A stretch of 64,000 bases of DNA from the NCBI GenBank assembly GCA_016214565.1, contig JACROE010000002.1:280007-344006 (forward strand), given 5' to 3'. A program made the position numbers and the translations under genes. The stretch's first letter is position 1. Each line of letters begins with the position of its first letter. Shown here in pieces: positions 11,701-19,236 of the stretch. This stretch comes from Candidatus Kerfeldbacteria bacterium. GTDB taxonomy: Bacteria > Patescibacteriota > Patescibacteriia > UBA10025 > JAHIVO01. Below the pieces are notes generated by a model that worked only from the letters and a program-made list of their open reading frames with translations, was not told the origin of the DNA and made no database searches.

Positions 11701-14700
11701 CTCTTCTTCAGACTGTACTCACGTAATTGGAATCCAAATTCATTCGAACCCTCCCAGGTATAGTAGGTGCGCTGCTGTGGATCATCGCTCGGTACACACA
11801 TTCGAATATAACTATAGTACTCCTTCCCTTCGCCACCCTGGGCGACGGTTTCGAGATTCGTGTACTCCTCACAGCCGACGGCTGAAGCGGGGCAGGATTG
11901 TCCGCTGTCAGGCACGAATGAAACCGGATCACGCAGAGCGCGATACGGCGGACGCTCAATGGCTAATTCGCGGAAGGCTGAACACCCGACAAATTCCGCG
12001 GGGCACTGATCACACGAGCCAGGAACGTTCGGGTCGCACAGGCCCGGCGATGAGATAACGCCCGTCACGGTTCTGCCATTATTTACCGAGGTGTATGCCT
12101 GGCAACCAAGCTCCAACATGCTACACGAATCCGCCTGTTTCAAAAATGTTTTCGGATTCTGGTCGTATGACTTATAGGCGGTCAAATTGCCTTCTTCAAA
12201 CTGAATATTATCAACGATGATATCGCATTGATCTGTTTGGTCGCGATGAATTGATAAGGCGATGGCATTATATTCATCAGACGCTACCTCGGGTACGGTA
12301 AATGTACCTGAATATCGTGTCCAACCATCCGTTGCCGTCACCGTGCCAAAATTTGCCTCGGTACCGACCCCGCTGCCAAATGGCAAATAATATAACGTTG
12401 CCTTGCCGTTGCTCCCCGTACAATCCGTATCATCCGCAGCAGTCTTTGCATAAAACGATAAACTATAGCTGCGACCCTCCACTCGCTCACCCATGAGTAG
12501 CCCCGCTGGTTGATTTACATTCCAGAGCATCCGACCTCCATCAGTAAAGGTGCCGGTACCCGAAGCCGGGAAGCCTGGGCAATCAGCTGCGTGGGTGGCA
12601 AGCCGAATGGCGGTAAACCCTTCATAGGCATCGGAAACCGCTAGCGTCGACAAGCCGCAATTTGGAGTTCCGCTCAAGTCCTGACCGCTTACCCAACCCT
12701 GAAAATGATCAGCCACGGGACTATCCTTAAGCGCATCATAAATTCCAGCTGCAGTCCGATCGTACGTTTCAAAATCAGTATTCGTCAAAACGTTTGCGCC
12801 ACTGCCTAAACGCGGGATGTACTCAGTACAACCAGCAGCTGATGAATCACACTGTCTAATATCATTATTAAAACTAAGTTTGGCGCCGCTACCAGTAGCC
12901 CCTGGCGGTTTGCCATTACACTCAAAAGTCCGGGTAGTATTATTATAACTGGAACAATACCACTGACAGCCGGCGTTGTCGGCATTGCATCCATTGGTTT
13001 CAACTGTATTGAGCAAATATGAAACAACGGTACCGTCTGATTTCGTTAATGATTGACAGCTGGCAAACTGAGCATCACACTGGGTGCCACTAAATTTCCA
13101 GACTGGCTTGTCCTCCACACAATACCCATACCGAGCGCACGACCCATCGGCATTTTCCTGGAGACACAACTGTTCATCAGCGCAATAATCGCCCTGACGC
13201 TGAACGACAGCAGTGGCCGCGTCTTTAGTATCAATCCGACCATCGCCATTGGTATCTTCATTGCGGATCGGGGTATTGGCGATAATCTGCTCACCCGCAC
13301 CCTGGCGACGACAAAATACTTCGGGAGATTTGAGCACCCAATTCGGATCGACTAATTTATAGAACGGCGATTCGATATCATCATAGTCAGCGATGAGCGT
13401 ATTCAAACTATAGTTTCCTGAGGCAAACTGTTTGCCATACTGAGCAGCCAATTCCCAACCAACTGGAATGATCCGATATTTGCGCAAGATTAATAAGCTG
13501 CGATACGGGTACCCATTATAATATTCTGGCTCCAGCCCATTCGAATCAAAACCAAACGGCTTGCTTCCATCAATCAAGCCCTGCTCCAGAGCCTGCCGCA
13601 GGGTGAGCTCCTGCTCAATGGCAGTGCGGAAACGAGTATCAATCACGCAATTCGTCGGTGTCGGATTATTTGGATCAGGACAGCTCGATAGATTGCCTAA
13701 TATATCAGTGGTACCCGCTACTGAGTAATTGGTATTTTGTAAATCAGCAAACAAAAATTTTGCTGCCGTCACCCCAGGCGATGAGCCGCCCAAGAAACTG
13801 GCGATACCACTCCGGCCGCCGCTCCCGCTCGATGTAGCCGGATCGACACCGAAGATATACCGCTGGATGAGTTTGCTGGCAAGCGTATTGGTAAAGATAC
13901 CGACCGCGTCGGCGATGGCGGTACCCGTATAGGTCAAATACGGATCAATCGATTTACCAAATATGCTCGTGGCGGCATTACTAAGAAGACCAGCAGGCGT
14001 TTTCACCGCGCCGCTTATCTTGCTCTTAACCGGTTTGAATTCTCCGGCTAAACTCTGAGCAAATTTATTAATCTCAACTTCAGCGTCACTCGCAGCCTTA
14101 CCTTTATTCAAAATATCAAGGTAGGCGCCCAACTGAGTCGCCTCAGGATTAAATGTCTTAGAAAATTCTACTAAATACTGTTTATTAGGATTCGTCTTAC
14201 CTAGTAACCCCTCATAATTATCAATCGCAGTTCGGTATTCGTCATACTTATCGATAATGTCAGTCAGCGGACATCGGCCACTAATGCTCGCACCACCCTG
14301 ATCGGTTAACGCTTTTCGAGCCAAAACATTGAGCTTAATCTGAATCGAACGATCATTAGGACCGCCTGGGCCAGGCAGGTCACATAAACTAAAATTACTA
14401 GCACACTCTGGTGCGCCATATTCAAAATGATAATCATTCGATAAATCGCTGTCCACGATAGCGTCCACCTCAGGACAATCTTCGGTACTACAGGTAATTA
14501 AGCGACAACCAGCGGCAATACATTTATTTTTTTCCTCGATACTGGAGGTACAGCCCGTCACCTCGAGACTATCGGGACACAATAAATATGATTCAGGACA
14601 CGATGAATCCGCTTTACATTTGCTACCAGTGTACCCCGAGCACTCCGTCTTCCCCAGCCAATCTGAGGCAATTGAATCGAGAAAATCACCAGCTGCCGCA

Positions 14701-15056
14701 TCGCCTGCCTGTTTTAATAACTCCTCTGGCTTAGTGACGAAAAGCGGCTTTTGACCTTTTTCGCCTGTGGCGATTTGCACCGCGACATTGTATGCCAAAT
14801 TATTTAAATACGTACGCAATATATTTTTGAACCCGACGTCAGCCGCGGTCTTCAATGTCTTGCTCAAAATTTCATAAATGGTCCGTGGAATATCACCGAC
14901 GGTGATGCTCACATCCCCAATGCCAAACAACGCCCGTGCCTGCATCGGAACGACCAGAATCGGAATAGCTAATTGCAAAACAAAAAACACCATGGCTCCG
15001 GCGAGTATCAATCGCTGTCCTTTGCTCAAATGGTGATTTTGTTTTGTAGACGACAT
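5793..15056 (-). CDS. giant (3087 aa) cysteine-rich extracellular/surface protein. It has an N-terminal signal anchor, many Cys-rich modules, one dockerin-like calcium-binding repeat pair and a C-terminal PKD-like domain.
   Basis: Single uninterrupted ORF. The N-terminus has a hydrophobic anchor (LILAGAMVFFVLQLAIPILVVP). Paired cysteines are very frequent (e.g. CSGYTGSKCKADSSCPESYLLCPDSLEVTGCTSS...). The dockerin type-I-like tandem motif DVNYDGRLSADDVTLMNEHFSG...GDVNIDGAINIADAVALLNHIN is encoded near 10520..10700. The C-terminus reads VDFDNDGNADYSSVGTYDSGTVFVTHEYTTGGAYPIRIRVIDNWD (PKD-like), encoded near 5800..6100. Confidence 0.85.
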   Translation of the reverse strand: MSSTKQNHHLSKGQRLILAGAMVFFVLQLAIPILVVPMQARALFGIGDVSITVGDIPRTIYEILSKTLKTAADVGFKNILRTYLNNLAYNVAVQIATGEKGQKPLFVTKPEELLKQAGDAAAGDFLDSIASDWLGKTECSGYTGSKCKADSSCPESYLLCPDSLEVTGCTSSIEEKNKCIAAGCRLITCSTEDCPEVDAIVDSDLSNDYHFEYGAPECASNFSLCDLPGPGGPNDRSIQIKLNVLARKALTDQGGASISGRCPLTDIIDKYDEYRTAIDNYEGLLGKTNPNKQYLVEFSKTFNPEATQLGAYLDILNKGKAASDAEVEINKFAQSLAGEFKPVKSKISGAVKTPAGLLSNAATSIFGKSIDPYLTYTGTAIADAVGIFTNTLASKLIQRYIFGVDPATSSGSGGRSGIASFLGGSSPGVTAAKFLFADLQNTNYSVAGTTDILGNLSSCPDPNNPTPTNCVIDTRFRTAIEQELTLRQALEQGLIDGSKPFGFDSNGLEPEYYNGYPYRSLLILRKYRIIPVGWELAAQYGKQFASGNYSLNTLIADYDDIESPFYKLVDPNWVLKSPEVFCRRQGAGEQIIANTPIRNEDTNGDGRIDTKDAATAVVQRQGDYCADEQLCLQENADGSCARYGYCVEDKPVWKFSGTQCDAQFASCQSLTKSDGTVVSYLLNTVETNGCNADNAGCQWYCSSYNNTTRTFECNGKPPGATGSGAKLSFNNDIRQCDSSAAGCTEYIPRLGSGANVLTNTDFETYDRTAAGIYDALKDSPVADHFQGWVSGQDLSGTPNCGLSTLAVSDAYEGFTAIRLATHAADCPGFPASGTGTFTDGGRMLWNVNQPAGLLMGERVEGRSYSLSFYAKTAADDTDCTGSNGKATLYYLPFGSGVGTEANFGTVTATDGWTRYSGTFTVPEVASDEYNAIALSIHRDQTDQCDIIVDNIQFEEGNLTAYKSYDQNPKTFLKQADSCSMLELGCQAYTSVNNGRTVTGVISSPGLCDPNVPGSCDQCPAEFVGCSAFRELAIERPPYRALRDPVSFVPDSGQSCPASAVGCEEYTNLETVAQGGEGKEYYSYIRMCVPSDDPQQRTYYTWEGSNEFGFQLREYSLKKSNQNDGPCTNMGAEGDPIIQAQLGSTWPTCIDGGSVDRDGNGTDEEFYNPATCSPDQVGVNPDCTEYYDTAGVTYYLLRSRVIFASEDCKNFRNSNDGPNMVYHMVPGQGISCQAAYAGCRAYKGNAGDNSRDLYVKDFEDGSIGAWTGNASISTEATSAGGHSMLVSNSAAINNAGDTLGFAAGNQYTITFWARSAIAGTTNVSFALNTTPSLSFTGQASAGELWNRFTVGPVFVPVGADPANAQLVLFSNNAFYIDNIVISEVVENIYKVKGSYKECSGYEGCDEYSDRDGNQHFLKSFSRLCGEDKVGCTAMIATQQSTSPYSSTFTRERYLRGDVNYDGRLSADDVTLMNEHFSGADNYFLNVSPAVGDVNIDGAINIADAVALLNHINNGTSPAEPYYFEEGTTPEDETVYIVDDPEKVCGANQAGCTQLGKPGLDGDGNVTAFTDTYLVVDPDRFGQEMCVFAENQCDAFTSANGSQYYFKDPGQKLCEFKRVSGQDISGWYKLGTDQGAPNCPVSIGICSGGGANDGKICNASSDCDSNFCNRNQNIVPQPVDGWVGACSSGASGCTEYRDPEQVQTGGEIVSRNYSENGGFETFTTTANASIATDGVIDTALPDVFTPWASSQTSAGRCTGDANRTCNTNVNCSAHGAGVCDTSQRVACGLRMHADSQSNTGNVAARVKTYDACGKSVNSSITYHCAINSATTCTSDADCGASDYCLGDQARYIWYGVNTDSITDNRAFKVSFQARLDPNDATCDPSNSGNTDIGFGLVRTIDNRAWPNGRTDYRPYSNFNATNSWTTFENVVTFGSVDPDDWYNTSGSVEELQNNFSMVIRRSVPAGSFSPSPNTCDILIDSFSIVEVADVFDYVPYYYIDETVDQASCNGLVDREEGCRLFNDTSNSELPYVSTLSVDGETPALCADPNECDSNAVIKVIRDRECKRWLECETSVRQEDAEGNVEELCLSRYVCEELDPETGQCTKVGEFESVNQTYDSPAFVSKIQNYTGLVMAGLDWDRRCTNNPSITCTSDAQCGSGTCDDPQIYEGSLPVAAMEEVGSISINGEIIEDGDFGDRDYALNQKLSCPLSASSDTCVETPGLFNATEIALVNLDTAWQPRNLQGGTAVVTWAEEDINNGTIPSTSGNLDENNVARVKTSGNVGAGTANWNGIYYDLHKSAQRSEEYYVSFRLRWGVPASAYDTVRVQFAYVNANGNELDYKTVGDFAPTVNWKEYVYGPIRIGDTNSGAPVDFDSIRLEIVHNFQSGDTVPSVEFYLDDVSMKPVLQTKESDQGLLSRDCRLFPGVDSPYCTYTDENNTTHKGWEGYCLEHDPRYPKYCLNWWPVDLLKGDSSAFSSLKITGYSGRRPLYMCLGAEGNYSTPKDIRGANQTTFSGATVNSDSAGTTRGNCGISFPISPLLNLSYRYRGPMSTIIVNQSGTGECDEAGNMAGTVPASNCQFKTGVCGACDAGDGGTCNAINSTYNAAVGDQYYKWEVRDINFVMQRWAHTDWDCNTTATDEGRSIFILNARNNWDATWSCSGNSIRVRVNWAANNRLQSYTVTMTDGNNGGGAWVQGIFRLNEMCTSIASVVTWDDDKAWFERTNTNSPYLLPDLLYRYHQHTTPYGGIIQPSPAISTPSAWRWDNGVGSGPIYIENKSDDTLAHGGSSYSCPSGGCAGRMCSWNLDNDCSTQSLQRACLEGPDPDDSSDDGYCLGLGEGFCSNNAEIYCRVNSDCLSGVNDFGPCLLGGGGASPITTIPQGNDRLRRLFARPFLAWRWDNATAGYVEDTTNLVGATNLPATWIGQYANMSVCPYSAPKGAAERPLYPNDYCGVPPVIDTVLCGAGGQPSTSGCQNVSVGQLVQLTFNVNADPNQKPVKLIEVDFDNDGNADYSSVGTYDSGTVFVTHEYTTGGAYPIRIRVIDNWDWCGVLKGTGSSCPSGDCRYQVDGSPCANQGWFATGVTANVNP

Positions 15057-15085
15057 GTATGGGGAACGAAACGTGAGCTAAGTGC

Positions 15086-15955
15086 TTACTGTGAATTCGT
15101 ATTAGTACCCTGGGTGTTTTGCTCTAAACTTTCCTGAAAAATACTCAACAGCGTGGCATCGTCAACTTCTGCAAGCGTTTCCTCGGGCACTCCGCTCTCG
15201 ATCAAAAATTGTCTAATCTCTTCAACGGATAAATTCTGCAATGTCTCAAGAGTGATAGTGCCGCCAGTATTGTTTCCAGTTGCAGCATTGTTTGTATTTG
15301 TATCGCCACGTTCATTGAGCAATTGCTGATAGGTCTCAAGCAATTCGTCGTCGGGGATTTGACCTAATAATTCTTCAGATGCGCCAGCGTCGCGCAGAAT
15401 CTTCCGCAGTTCATCCGAGGTGAGATTCTCTGGATCAACCACACCGGCGGCAGAATTTGTATTGTCGTCCGGCTTTATATCACCAAAAATACCGTTAACC
15501 ACCGTGTTTACATTGCCCGCCACAGTCCGAGCGCAATTTTCACCAGATGGGCAATTTGGATCGGTTCCCTGATCAATTTCCTGCTTATCAGTCAATCCAT
15601 CGCTATCACTATCGGCGATGTAGGCGCTAGTTTTGTACCCATAGAACTCATTGTAGTCGGACAGCCCATCACCGTCGGTATCCTTAGTGCGGAGACCCTC
15701 GATACCCGTTAACTGGGTATTGGTGCTTTGGTCTCCCGTCGCCACTGAGCTATTCGCATTAACCTTAGGCCGGAATGGATCGCGCAATGCATCAGCGATA
15801 TACCAACTACCGAAGCCAAGCGCTAGAAAACTTAAAATAACGAGACTGATAAAAGCCCGCTTCTGGATGCGCTGTTCTTGCGCTGATTGCCCCACATACT
15901 CATCGGAAAATAGTTTACGGAGAACATTTTGCTTTTCATTTTTCTCCATCAGCAA
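15086..15955 (-). CDS. membrane-anchored protein (289 aa) with thrombospondin-type-3-like calcium-binding repeats and two ~35-aa helical internal repeats. It is the first gene of the giant-protein operon.
   Basis: N-terminal TM segment (ISLVILSFLALGFGSWYIA). DxDxDG motifs (DTDGDGLSDYNEF; DSDSDGLTDKQEID). Internal repeats LTSDELRKILRDAGASEELLGQIPDDELLETYQQLL and LSVEEIRQFLIESGVPEETLAEVDDATLLSIFQESL. GGAG ribosome-binding site 8 nt before the ATG. Confidence 0.7.
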   Translation of the reverse strand: MLMEKNEKQNVLRKLFSDEYVGQSAQEQRIQKRAFISLVILSFLALGFGSWYIADALRDPFRPKVNANSSVATGDQSTNTQLTGIEGLRTKDTDGDGLSDYNEFYGYKTSAYIADSDSDGLTDKQEIDQGTDPNCPSGENCARTVAGNVNTVVNGIFGDIKPDDNTNSAAGVVDPENLTSDELRKILRDAGASEELLGQIPDDELLETYQQLLNERGDTNTNNAATGNNTGGTITLETLQNLSVEEIRQFLIESGVPEETLAEVDDATLLSIFQESLEQNTQGTNTNSQ

Positions 15956-15975
15956 ATCTCCATTTATGTGTGCCC

Positions 15976-16004
15976 ATTATATCACAATCTGGCCGTAATG
16001 TCAA
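15976..16004 (-). promoter_or_regulatory. consensus sigma70 promoter (TTGACA - 17 nt - TATAAT) driving the giant-protein operon
   Basis: The minus-strand sequence reads tttgacattacggccagattgtgatataatggg. The -35 element is at 15999..16004 and the -10 element at 15976..15981. It lies 20 nt upstream of the 15955 start codon and immediately downstream of the rsmA stop. Confidence 0.6.
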
Positions 16005-16011
16005 ACAACGA

Positions 16012-16875
16012 CTACTGTTTTTTCATAAAGGCGTGCACCACCCTAATCCAGTCCCTGATGGTTAATGTTTGAGGTCGCGATTCTGGGCTAATCTTAGCCG
16101 ACAATAAGGTTTTTTGAACTTCCTGATTTGATAATTTCAGACCTGCCGCCAGGGTGTTATGGAGCTGCTTTCGCCGACCCGAGTAGCCGATCTTAACCAA
16201 TCGAAAAAAATCAGCCGCTGAATATGGCTTTAGTGTTTTCAAAAATCCGTGAACATCTGATCCAATCTTGGTGAGATGTAAAATTGCTGAAGTAACCGCC
16301 GGTGCCGGCCAAAAACTGGATGGCGGCACCAGACGGACTATCTCCGAATCAGCATACAATTGCACAGCAACGCTCAAAACGCTCATGGCGCCAGCCGGAG
16401 CAATGACTCGCTCCGCCACCTCCTGCTGGACTAATACGGTCACCGAGGTCGGCCGAGGCTGGGTCTCAAGAAATTCACGGAGTACCCGGGAAGTAATATT
16501 GTAAGGAAGATTTGAAACTAGCTGATAGGTGCCATCCTGAATAAGCAACGGGAGCGCACGCCGTACCTGAAAAATATCACCGGTTACCAGGTGAAGCGGC
16601 GGGTACACGCTGGTCAATTTGTGAAGCGCGGGTATCAGGCGCCGATCTTGCTCTACGGCAACCACGGTAGCCCCGGCCTCGAGCAAGGCTATGGTTAAAC
16701 TGCCAAACCCCGGACCAATTTCTAATACCCGAGCACCCGGTACAATGCCAGCGGCACGAACCATATCCGTTATAACTGTTTCATCAATTACAAAATTCTG
16801 ACCCTGGCTGCGATCAGGCTTCATACCATACTGCCGAGCTAATGTTTGAATTTCATTTTTTCCCAAATGTTTCAT
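16012..16875 (-). CDS. rsmA: 16S rRNA (adenine1518/1519-N6)-dimethyltransferase RsmA/KsgA
   Basis: Characteristic motifs QNFVID, LEIGPGFGSLT and NLPYNIT. Length 287 aa. Confidence 0.9.
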   Translation of the reverse strand: MKHLGKNEIQTLARQYGMKPDRSQGQNFVIDETVITDMVRAAGIVPGARVLEIGPGFGSLTIALLEAGATVVAVEQDRRLIPALHKLTSVYPPLHLVTGDIFQVRRALPLLIQDGTYQLVSNLPYNITSRVLREFLETQPRPTSVTVLVQQEVAERVIAPAGAMSVLSVAVQLYADSEIVRLVPPSSFWPAPAVTSAILHLTKIGSDVHGFLKTLKPYSAADFFRLVKIGYSGRRKQLHNTLAAGLKLSNQEVQKTLLSAKISPESRPQTLTIRDWIRVVHAFMKKQ

Positions 16876-16881
16876 CGATTT

Positions 16882-18084
16882 CTAAAGCGCCCGAATAAAA
16901 GGAAAGGGGCGCGGTTCATCTTTTTTAAAGAAATATAACAAGCTAAAGAACGCGGCAGTCATAAAGATGATATTCCATGGATCAGATAAATACGTGGCAC
17001 TATAGAAACCAATCAGCCCGGCAACAATTTTCCCCAATGCTAAGGACATTTCAAAAAAAATGGCGTAGGAAAGCGGCCCGACACGACGCGCTTTTTCTAG
17101 GCGTATTGACTCCATCGGAATGTACACCATTTCTTTTGCCAATCGAGCGCTGCCATGGAGCGCCAGGGCGGCCGGCACGCTCCGTATTAATCCGCGAACT
17201 AGCCAGGTGACGACATAGAGCAGAGTGCCTGCACGTAAAATATTTAATCGCGGATATTTATCTGTCAAATGACCAAACCAGAGCACCAACAGAGCCGTTG
17301 CCAGCGTTGCCGATGAAACAACCCACCCGACAGTTAAATAATTGCCGATCACAACATACAAAAAAACCGGCCAAGCCACCAACGCAATTAACTCCTCACC
17401 AAAACCAAAGAAGGCAAAGAAGCTGCGTCGGTGTTCCCGGGAAAATAACTGCAACACTGTTTCACGATACGAAAGTTGAACTCGCGCGTGAATTTCTTTG
17501 ATATGGAGCAGTGGCAGCGCCGAAAGCAGAATTAAACCAGTAACGACAATAAAAAGAACACTAAAATTAAACCATCCCAAAATCAATCCACCTGCCATGG
17601 GGCCAATAATCATCATGACCATACTAACCATCTCAATATACCCGACCTCTCGCCCGCGCTGTCCGGCTCGAGAAAAAATAGTTAAATCAGCATGATAGGC
17701 TGGCCAATACAAGGCTTTTTGTATAGCAAAAATCACCGGGGCCACATAATAGAGCGCACTTACCTCGGATATCCCAAATAAAGTTAAATAGGCGGCAATG
17801 AGAAAAAAATGACTGTAAAATATTGAATGCTCATACCCCAGACGCCCAACCCATGATCCAATAACCGGCAAAAGCACCAGGTACACCCCATATAAAATAA
17901 CATAAAAAAATAGTATCTCTGCTAATGTATACCCAATACTGAATAAAAAAATCGGCTCAAACAGCGAGATCGCGGCGATGCCAAAATCCATCAGCGAGAC
18001 AGCCCAATACAACCCATGTAAACCCCGCGATGGATCTTTTGAAAAATAGTGGGGGGAATGTGAGCGAAAGCGATTGAAAAGCAT
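16882..18084 (-). CDS. MFS-type transporter (about 12 TM helices)
   Basis: 400-aa, uniformly hydrophobic polytopic protein with a 6+6 helix arrangement and a short central loop. Confidence 0.55.
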   Translation of the reverse strand: MLFNRFRSHSPHYFSKDPSRGLHGLYWAVSLMDFGIAAISLFEPIFLFSIGYTLAEILFFYVILYGVYLVLLPVIGSWVGRLGYEHSIFYSHFFLIAAYLTLFGISEVSALYYVAPVIFAIQKALYWPAYHADLTIFSRAGQRGREVGYIEMVSMVMMIIGPMAGGLILGWFNFSVLFIVVTGLILLSALPLLHIKEIHARVQLSYRETVLQLFSREHRRSFFAFFGFGEELIALVAWPVFLYVVIGNYLTVGWVVSSATLATALLVLWFGHLTDKYPRLNILRAGTLLYVVTWLVRGLIRSVPAALALHGSARLAKEMVYIPMESIRLEKARRVGPLSYAIFFEMSLALGKIVAGLIGFYSATYLSDPWNIIFMTAAFFSLLYFFKKDEPRPFPFIRAL

Positions 18085-18087
18085 ACG

Positions 18088-18723
18088 CTATGCCGCTTTG
18101 GCAGGCTGCGCGCCGCGCACTTTCACCGGACCCTGACGAATAATAGTTATCTTCCCATTCTCCAGCCGCACCACGGTAGAAACGGGAACCTCGGGCAAAT
18201 CGCCCGCGTCAAGAATGAGATCAGGCTGCGCATCATTTGCCTGAAACATGCGCAAGACGCATTCAGCAGAATAGCAATTCCCTTTCCCGCTCAAATTGGC
18301 GCTCGTTGATGTGATCGGCGAACCCGCTGCTTTGACCAACATTTGAGCTGCTTGCAAATCAGGTATGCGGACACCAACCGTGGGTAACCCCAGAGTAAGG
18401 AACGGCGGCACGCTCTCCACTTTGTCAAAAATAATTGTCACCGCGCCCGGCCAATACGCATCCATAATTTTTTTCTCAGCAGCAGAAACGCGAGCAATTT
18501 TTTTCAGCATGGTGACCGAATCGACAATCACCGGCAATGGTTTTTGCACCCGTTGCTTGATAATAAATAATTTACCGATCGCGTTTTCATTCAGCGCATC
18601 GGCTGCCAAACCATAAGCAGTGTCGGTAGGATAGGCGACCACGCCGCCTTGCTTCAACACGGCTGCCGCTTGCTCAATAATATTTTTTTCAGGATTGGAG
18701 AGATTGAGACGTACGATATCCAT
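18088..18723 (-). CDS. tsaC: L-threonylcarbamoyladenylate synthase, YrdC/Sua5/TsaC family
   Basis: YrdC signature AYPTDTAYGLAAD. Length 211 aa. Confidence 0.85.
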   Translation of the reverse strand: MDIVRLNLSNPEKNIIEQAAAVLKQGGVVAYPTDTAYGLAADALNENAIGKLFIIKQRVQKPLPVIVDSVTMLKKIARVSAAEKKIMDAYWPGAVTIIFDKVESVPPFLTLGLPTVGVRIPDLQAAQMLVKAAGSPITSTSANLSGKGNCYSAECVLRMFQANDAQPDLILDAGDLPEVPVSTVVRLENGKITIIRQGPVKVRGAQPAKAA

Positions 18724-19199
18724 TATGAATGTGATAAATAATCTTTCACGGTCTTTGATGTTAGATCAATGGCAGGTGCGCGATTCTCGAGAAGATTCAG
18801 TCCGGCCAATACATGATCAACCACCGCCTGGGTATATGACTGCCTGAGCTCTTCGCTGGGAAATCCGAAATACATATTGCGGTGCGCCAGCTGGTAAATG
18901 CAGTCCTCCAGCATTTCTCCCGGTTCTTCATTCACTGCCAAGGTCAGCGGATGGGCAAACGACGGGGGCGTATTCACCAGATACATGGGAATAACCGCGT
19001 CTGCATGCTCCGCCCAATCATACCCACTGTACTGGGGGATGAGCTCGAGGATGCGAGCCTGCGTCTGCTCGAATATCTTTTCAAAATCAGCACCGATTCG
19101 AATAATGCGTTGCCAGGCATCAGCAAAAGGGTCATCCGAGACCGCTTGGAGCCGGCGAGCATACTCATAATTATACAAAAGTTCAATTTCGGGAAGCAT
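18723..19199 (-). CDS. hypothetical protein (158 aa)
   Basis: ORF between leuS and tsaC. The stop/start overlaps tsaC by 1 nt. No recognisable motif. Confidence 0.5.
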   Translation of the reverse strand: MLPEIELLYNYEYARRLQAVSDDPFADAWQRIIRIGADFEKIFEQTQARILELIPQYSGYDWAEHADAVIPMYLVNTPPSFAHPLTLAVNEEPGEMLEDCIYQLAHRNMYFGFPSEELRQSYTQAVVDHVLAGLNLLENRAPAIDLTSKTVKDYLSHS

Positions 19200-19236
19200 T
19201 GGTGTTTTTTCAGTATACCTTATTTAGTCAGAAACC

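Noticed and set aside
6217-13355. Numerous 60-190-aa ORFs on both strands inside the giant gene (e.g. 6217..6696+, 9755..10336-, 10047..10514+)
   Set aside because: All lie in alternative frames of a 9.3-kb continuous ORF with coherent domain content. They are shadow ORFs.
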